64,000 nucleotides of DNA, from the NCBI GenBank assembly GCA_002633005.1, contig NMRA01000309.1:62001-126000 (forward strand). Direction: 5' to 3'. The notes beneath the pieces are model-generated. The model did not search any database. It saw only the letters and a program-made list of their open reading frames with translations, and was not told the DNA's origin. A program made the position numbers and the translations under genes. The stretch is from Phoronis australis. Its lineage: Eukaryota > Animalia > Phoronida. Positions 60,101 through 64,000 of the stretch are shown here, one piece after another. Within the stretch, counting starts at the first letter, position 1. Each line of letters opens with the position of its first letter.

Positions 60101-62395
60101 TAGCTCAACTCATTACCTTACCATCAGCTAGATATGTAATCTTTAAGGAATATCAGAAGACATAGCAGACCTCTGTTATCATTTGAAAGAAACGGACATA
60201 GGAGACAACAAGTATTACGGTATAAACAGTCTCAATCCTCACTCACACAGTCAACCATATTTAGTAATTTATTCACAAATCCAACAACTTGCTCACATTA
60301 GTTAGGGACTAACTTAAAGCAGCTATTCTTAATAAACTAAAACTATTTCAATATTTATCATGTTTTCATCTTAATGGATACCTACTTGGCAAATTTCATG
60401 AAAATCCACCAATGAAGGAACTGTGAACATATACAGACAAATGTAAAAAGTAAAATTGCCATCCAGGGGAACAGCGGGAATCGAATCAGCCAAAAATTGG
60501 CCCGTATCATCCTATTCCTGATAGGAACACATGTGCAAAATTTCATTAAGGAGTTTTGGGGATACAGCAATGGACACCAGCTGCACGCCAAACAGGGATG
60601 ATGGCATCATAATCATTGACTGGTGGCAATGCATTGCCATTAAATACCTCAGTGACAAATTTTATTGAAATCCATCAATCAGTTCTTTTGATATCCCGAA
60701 ACGCTCTTCCCCAAAAAATACTAAAAAGCCTCGTTCCCTGGCTCCAGACAGTGGGGCAGGTTGAAAAGTGTCTAACACTGTCCTAGTGATTCCTTATACC
60801 CTTGTGCCAAATGTCATCAAAACCTAATCAGATGCTTTTGAGATATCAAGCAGACAGATGAAACAGATACTCAGACAAAATGACGACAATAAGTCCTCAC
60901 GTGGTGGCATAAAATTGATTTTTAAATGTCAGCTTATTGATTTCATAATTGCGTACAAAATGTTAAATGCATAGCGCAAATGTTACAATTTGTGAAGACA
61001 TTAAAACTTTCATTCCATTTACACTCCATAATAAACCAGCCTTTTTAAAATTTATCAAAAACACTTCCTGATTGTTTTTTGACATTTACGGCAAGTGCTT
61101 AAAAACCCATGGAAAGGACTTCAACCCTATAGTTACTGAGAGTAGAGCTCCCATTTTTACTATTGTCAGTAGTACATTGACTACAATTATTAACTCTTTC
61201 AGACAAATTACGATCTGTAACACTGACCAACACCCAGAGGTGGGGACATCTAGGAGAGTTCGCAAAGAGAAATTAAAATGCACATTAAACACTAATTTTC
61301 AAGTGGTCAATTCGGCAACTCAAAATTATGAAATAAATTACACTTTGAAAATCACAGACACCTGACAATTTTCTGGCAGCAAGTGATGGCGACATTATCA
61401 AATGCTGTTTTATGACATCTACACAATACAAACCAAGCTAAAAACAGACAGTTTCTTGATTTTTATTTTGAGGAGAAATTTGGCAAAATGCAATTTGAAT
61501 TCACTTATCAGCCATACTGTGTGCAAATAAGATGCAGAATTACCATTCTGACAATAATCTTAATTGCAGACAAAACAAAGTAGTATACAGTTGAGAAAAA
61601 CTTACTTAGCCACTGATTACTTCTAAAGTCTGGAAACAGGCAGATTTTCCTCCTTTAAGTTTATCATTTGTCATCTTTGAGTCGGGGTGTATTTAGAGTA
61701 AACATAAATGTATTCAACCAGATTTTATCAGTGTGGTAGATAAGTGACGTGCGGGTAGTGACATCAGGCAAAAGACTGAGTCTGGTGCTTAACAAAGACA
61801 TTTTTCACATTTTGCAACCATCGCGTATGTTGCCTATAACCTACAACTGCTGGACAGGCATTCCACGAACTAAAGCAATGTTTATCATGCAATTTTTAAT
61901 GAACACACTGGTTTGTGTAAACACCCAAGGCATTTAAATCAAGAAACTAAATGTCAAGGGTTGGATGTTACACCGAATGCAACACAAGATGGCTACAAAT
62001 AAAAAGAGACATATCTCAAAATTCGGGTACTTTTATGTAACCAAATGTGGACGACAATCCAAATGGATTGGCAATTCAAAAGATCTCTTCACAAATGACA
62101 TCTGTTTTGAATTCCTATTAATTCAAGGCAAACAGTTGTATTTTGCCTCATTTCAGTCACAGAACAAATACAATAACAATCACACAATCTTACCTTCTTC
62201 CAAGCAGCAGCAGTGCATGAGTGCAGGTCATATGGGTAAAGTACATGTAAACCCTCGCCAGTATTGTATAATTGTCGACACATGTAGATGTAAGCACCAA
62301 TGACAGCGTTCGACGGAGGTGGACCAAATTCTTTAGGAAGACCCCCTCTGATGGCCTTGCGAGCAAACTCAGCAATAATATGAGCAGCAGATGAC
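36125..62395 (-). CDS. TBC1D32: TBC1D32 / protein broad-minded (BROMI), 3' part; gene continues beyond the window
   Basis: Phase-consistent GT-AG exons (5' to 3'): 62395-62194, 60079-59997, 59379-59241 ([32 protein letters not shown]), 57573-57486 (KFGYG), 56903-56665 (PVDPIDR), 56235-56147 ([13 protein letters not shown]), 55539-55429, 55018-54907 ([15 protein letters not shown]), 53338-53242 (FSSYPLP), 51571-51446, 50204-50121, 49737-49668, 45411-45135 (GYDWFASS), 38472-38332 (SAFKMSGY), 37881-37693 (QCFWNYLDW), 36238-36125 (EEPLKNFKV...TGA). Confidence 0.93.
37211..37524. repeat. Minisatellite, 35-bp unit x9
   Basis: cacacttgtcaacaaagtcaYacataaccattgat repeated head to tail with no spacers. 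Confidence 0.95.
40569..41985 (+). pseudogene. DEG/ENaC pseudogene (copy 3), antisense within a TBC1D32 intron
   Basis: Collinear with copies 1 and 2 ([40 protein letters not shown]) but with several frameshifts, in-frame stops (e.g. about 40666 and 41140) and HG changed to LG. Confidence 0.88.
42130..42500 (+). mobile_element. Possible highly decayed RTE-type LINE 3' fragment
   Basis: RIKAFELK resembles the RTE motif RIxAFEMK; downstream similarity is faint. Confidence 0.3.
44131..44991. mobile_element. Non-autonomous element with a terminal 155-bp foldback and split repeats (possibly Crypton-like)
   Basis: Hairpin 44131-44285 with perfect 37-bp arms (44165-44201, 44215-44251). taGRTTATTACATGG recurs at 44941. 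ttataccaca (about 44286) is inverted at 44982-44991. Internal tRNA-like segment at 44830-44900. Confidence 0.55.
45468..45775. mobile_element. Foldback MITE (about 310 bp, long imperfect inverted arms)
   Basis: tgtgacaattgacatctgatatatgg...aatgagcatgatacatt pairs with aatgtatcatgctcatt...ccatatatcagatgtcaattgtcaca; outer arms also pair. The right arm and its flank recur at about 37522-37632. Confidence 0.8.
46015..48288 (+). mobile_element. Internally deleted hAT transposon (Tip100/PRKRIR-like transposase remnant), 5-bp TSD
   Basis: CAGCC|CAGTGGCACATCTAC ... GTAGATCCGCCACTG|TAGCC. About 47110-47330 encodes [57 protein letters not shown] (frameshifted). Confidence 0.8.
48494..49483 (+). mobile_element. 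Non-autonomous hAT-like element with 5-bp TSD and an internal tRNA-like segment
   Basis: TAGTA|CAGTGGCGAATCTAGG ... CCTAAATCCGCCTATG|TAGTA; contains the N gap 49295-49321. Confidence 0.75.
52684..52800 (+). mobile_element. Decayed tRNA-derived SINE head
   Basis: A box TGGCCTAGTGG and B-box-like GGTTTGAGTCC at tRNA spacing; no intact cloverleaf. Confidence 0.5.
56985..57355. repeat. Degenerate AT-rich tandem repeat (about 30-35 bp unit)
   Basis: Recurring tatgttgatgtagaaatactaataccattaac-like units. Confidence 0.75.
57783..57846. repeat. Tandem repeat of tgagacaagtcaca-like units, about x4
   Basis: Direct reading. Confidence 0.75.
58838..58950. repeat. 20-bp minisatellite, about x5
   Basis: Units of gcacaatgtacatgactgca. 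Confidence 0.85.
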
Positions 62396-64000
62396 CTGCT
62401 CACAATAAAGTAAATTTTAAACAAAAGGCAATGACATTAAAGGGGCATTTCCTTCAAACTCACTCCACAGAATGCAAGTTATATATCTGGTCACTAAGCC
62501 GCACAAAATAGGTCTTGAATCTTTTCACGATTTCCATCCCAAAACAAAGCAGGTAAAATGGGAGTCGAATGCCCTTCAACACTGAACAGACTGGTTAACC
62601 CTCTCATTGGGCTGCTTCTTATTGTTACAAGGCGATCTCCCAGGATAGAAACTTTTGACTTTCATTCCAATGAAAATTTGGTACCAGTTATTAGGGGTAT
62701 TTTAACATTCAGGAGAGAGATAGGAAACAATCCCCTTAAAAACAAAAAGAAAAAACATTAGCTCCATATACCATCTACTGCATAACAGTTAACTGAAAAT
62801 CGACACAGGCAACAAATGTCATTATTAATAAATTTTCAACCACTGAAAAGAAAGATGAACTGTTTGAAACAACAGTGAACTTATTCAAGACAAAGTATAT
62901 CCTTCAAACACCAAATAAAGAAGAAGACTAAATGAACAAATAATATGCAAAAGCAATTTCTTATGGAGAAAAAGACGTTACATTCCCAACATCAATGCAA
63001 ACAGTACAGTGGAGAAATACAAAAGCCCATAACCATGTTGAAGGTAAAGTGTTAGCAGTTGTCCTGGGGGACGAATTACTTAAATGACAACACACTATTA
63101 GAAAGAGTTCTGGATTTATAGTTGAAGTGTTAAAAGTGAAGTATTTTCCTGGTATAGATAAATCAAGGAGAAAGCAAAGAAAAGCTGGCTATAGTCATTT
63201 ACAGGGGTTCCAGATTTTGAGAACCTGTTTGGTGCCTATTATTCAGTGGACAAAACTGGTTCTCAGAATGCGGGAGCCCTGTAAAAGACTATAATTGAAA
63301 ATTACATTTTACACAATGCAACAATGTGCTGCAAAAATTCTTTTCTTCAACATGTTAACATACTTGTGTTACATTTGATGCCTGCGTTAAGAGTGCCCAT
63401 ATTACATTTTTGTTTCCTGCACCATGTAAAATAGAGTTGGTTATATCCCTCAACAGCAGAATGTGGAGATTCCACATTTTACTGGGCTACAAAATTTGAT
63501 TTTGGAAATGCAGCTGAACGGTTAGACTTGACAGTAAACTGGGTGAAACCACTGTTATCTTGTAGAATTAGTATTCTTTCAAATGCCAAGTTCATGTCGT
63601 TTAATGGCCACCACTTTCCAAAGTGAAAACAAAGACGAGAGATTCTGACAATAAAAGATTTTAAGGTTATGTAGGACCTCATTTACAAATCTGTGTAGAA
63701 GAATTCTGAAAAATAAAGATCTTTATTCAGTCAAAGTATGTAATACTATTTTCTTAAAGCAGAAAGCTTGTTTCACTTTTACCAATCTGCCATTTATTGG
63801 GTCATCTGACTACCGGGTATGTCTTCTTATTAACATTTAGCAAACAGAAAGGTACAATTTGATACAAAACAACAGTATCCATAACATGATCAAACTTTAT
63901 TTGACACGAATGGTCAATGTGAGATTTCAAAAATTAAGTTACAATTTTCTAAAATATCAGTTCATTTTTGTTCCATGCAAAATTAGAGCTTTTTATGAAA

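Noticed and set aside
62396-64000. Further upstream TBC1D32 exons
   Set aside because: No segment with both good splice sites and recognisable BROMI similarity; treated as intron.

Overview
AT-rich animal genomic DNA with spliceosomal introns, probably from a marine invertebrate (the taxon cannot be fixed from the sequence). Host genes, left to right: (1) an intronless sesquipedalian/PHETA (FAM109/IPIP27) PH-domain gene on the minus strand; (2) head-to-head with it, a multi-exon TTLL9 tubulin polyglutamylase gene that carries a duplicated, apparently mutually exclusive exon pair and a U12-type (minor spliceosome) intron; (3) two tandem intronless DEG/ENaC channel genes with near-identical termini but diverged ectodomains, plus a third, broken copy inside an intron of (4) the 3' part of TBC1D32/BROMI on the minus strand (15 exons resolved; the gene continues past the window end). 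Introns and intergenic DNA hold many transposon relics: an ISL2EU-like THAP element, three hAT-like elements with unusual 5-bp target duplications, a Gypsy-like solo LTR, Penelope, Academ-like and LINE fragments, foldback elements and minisatellites. There are three assembly N-gaps. All orthology and family calls come from recognising motifs by eye, not from database searches.
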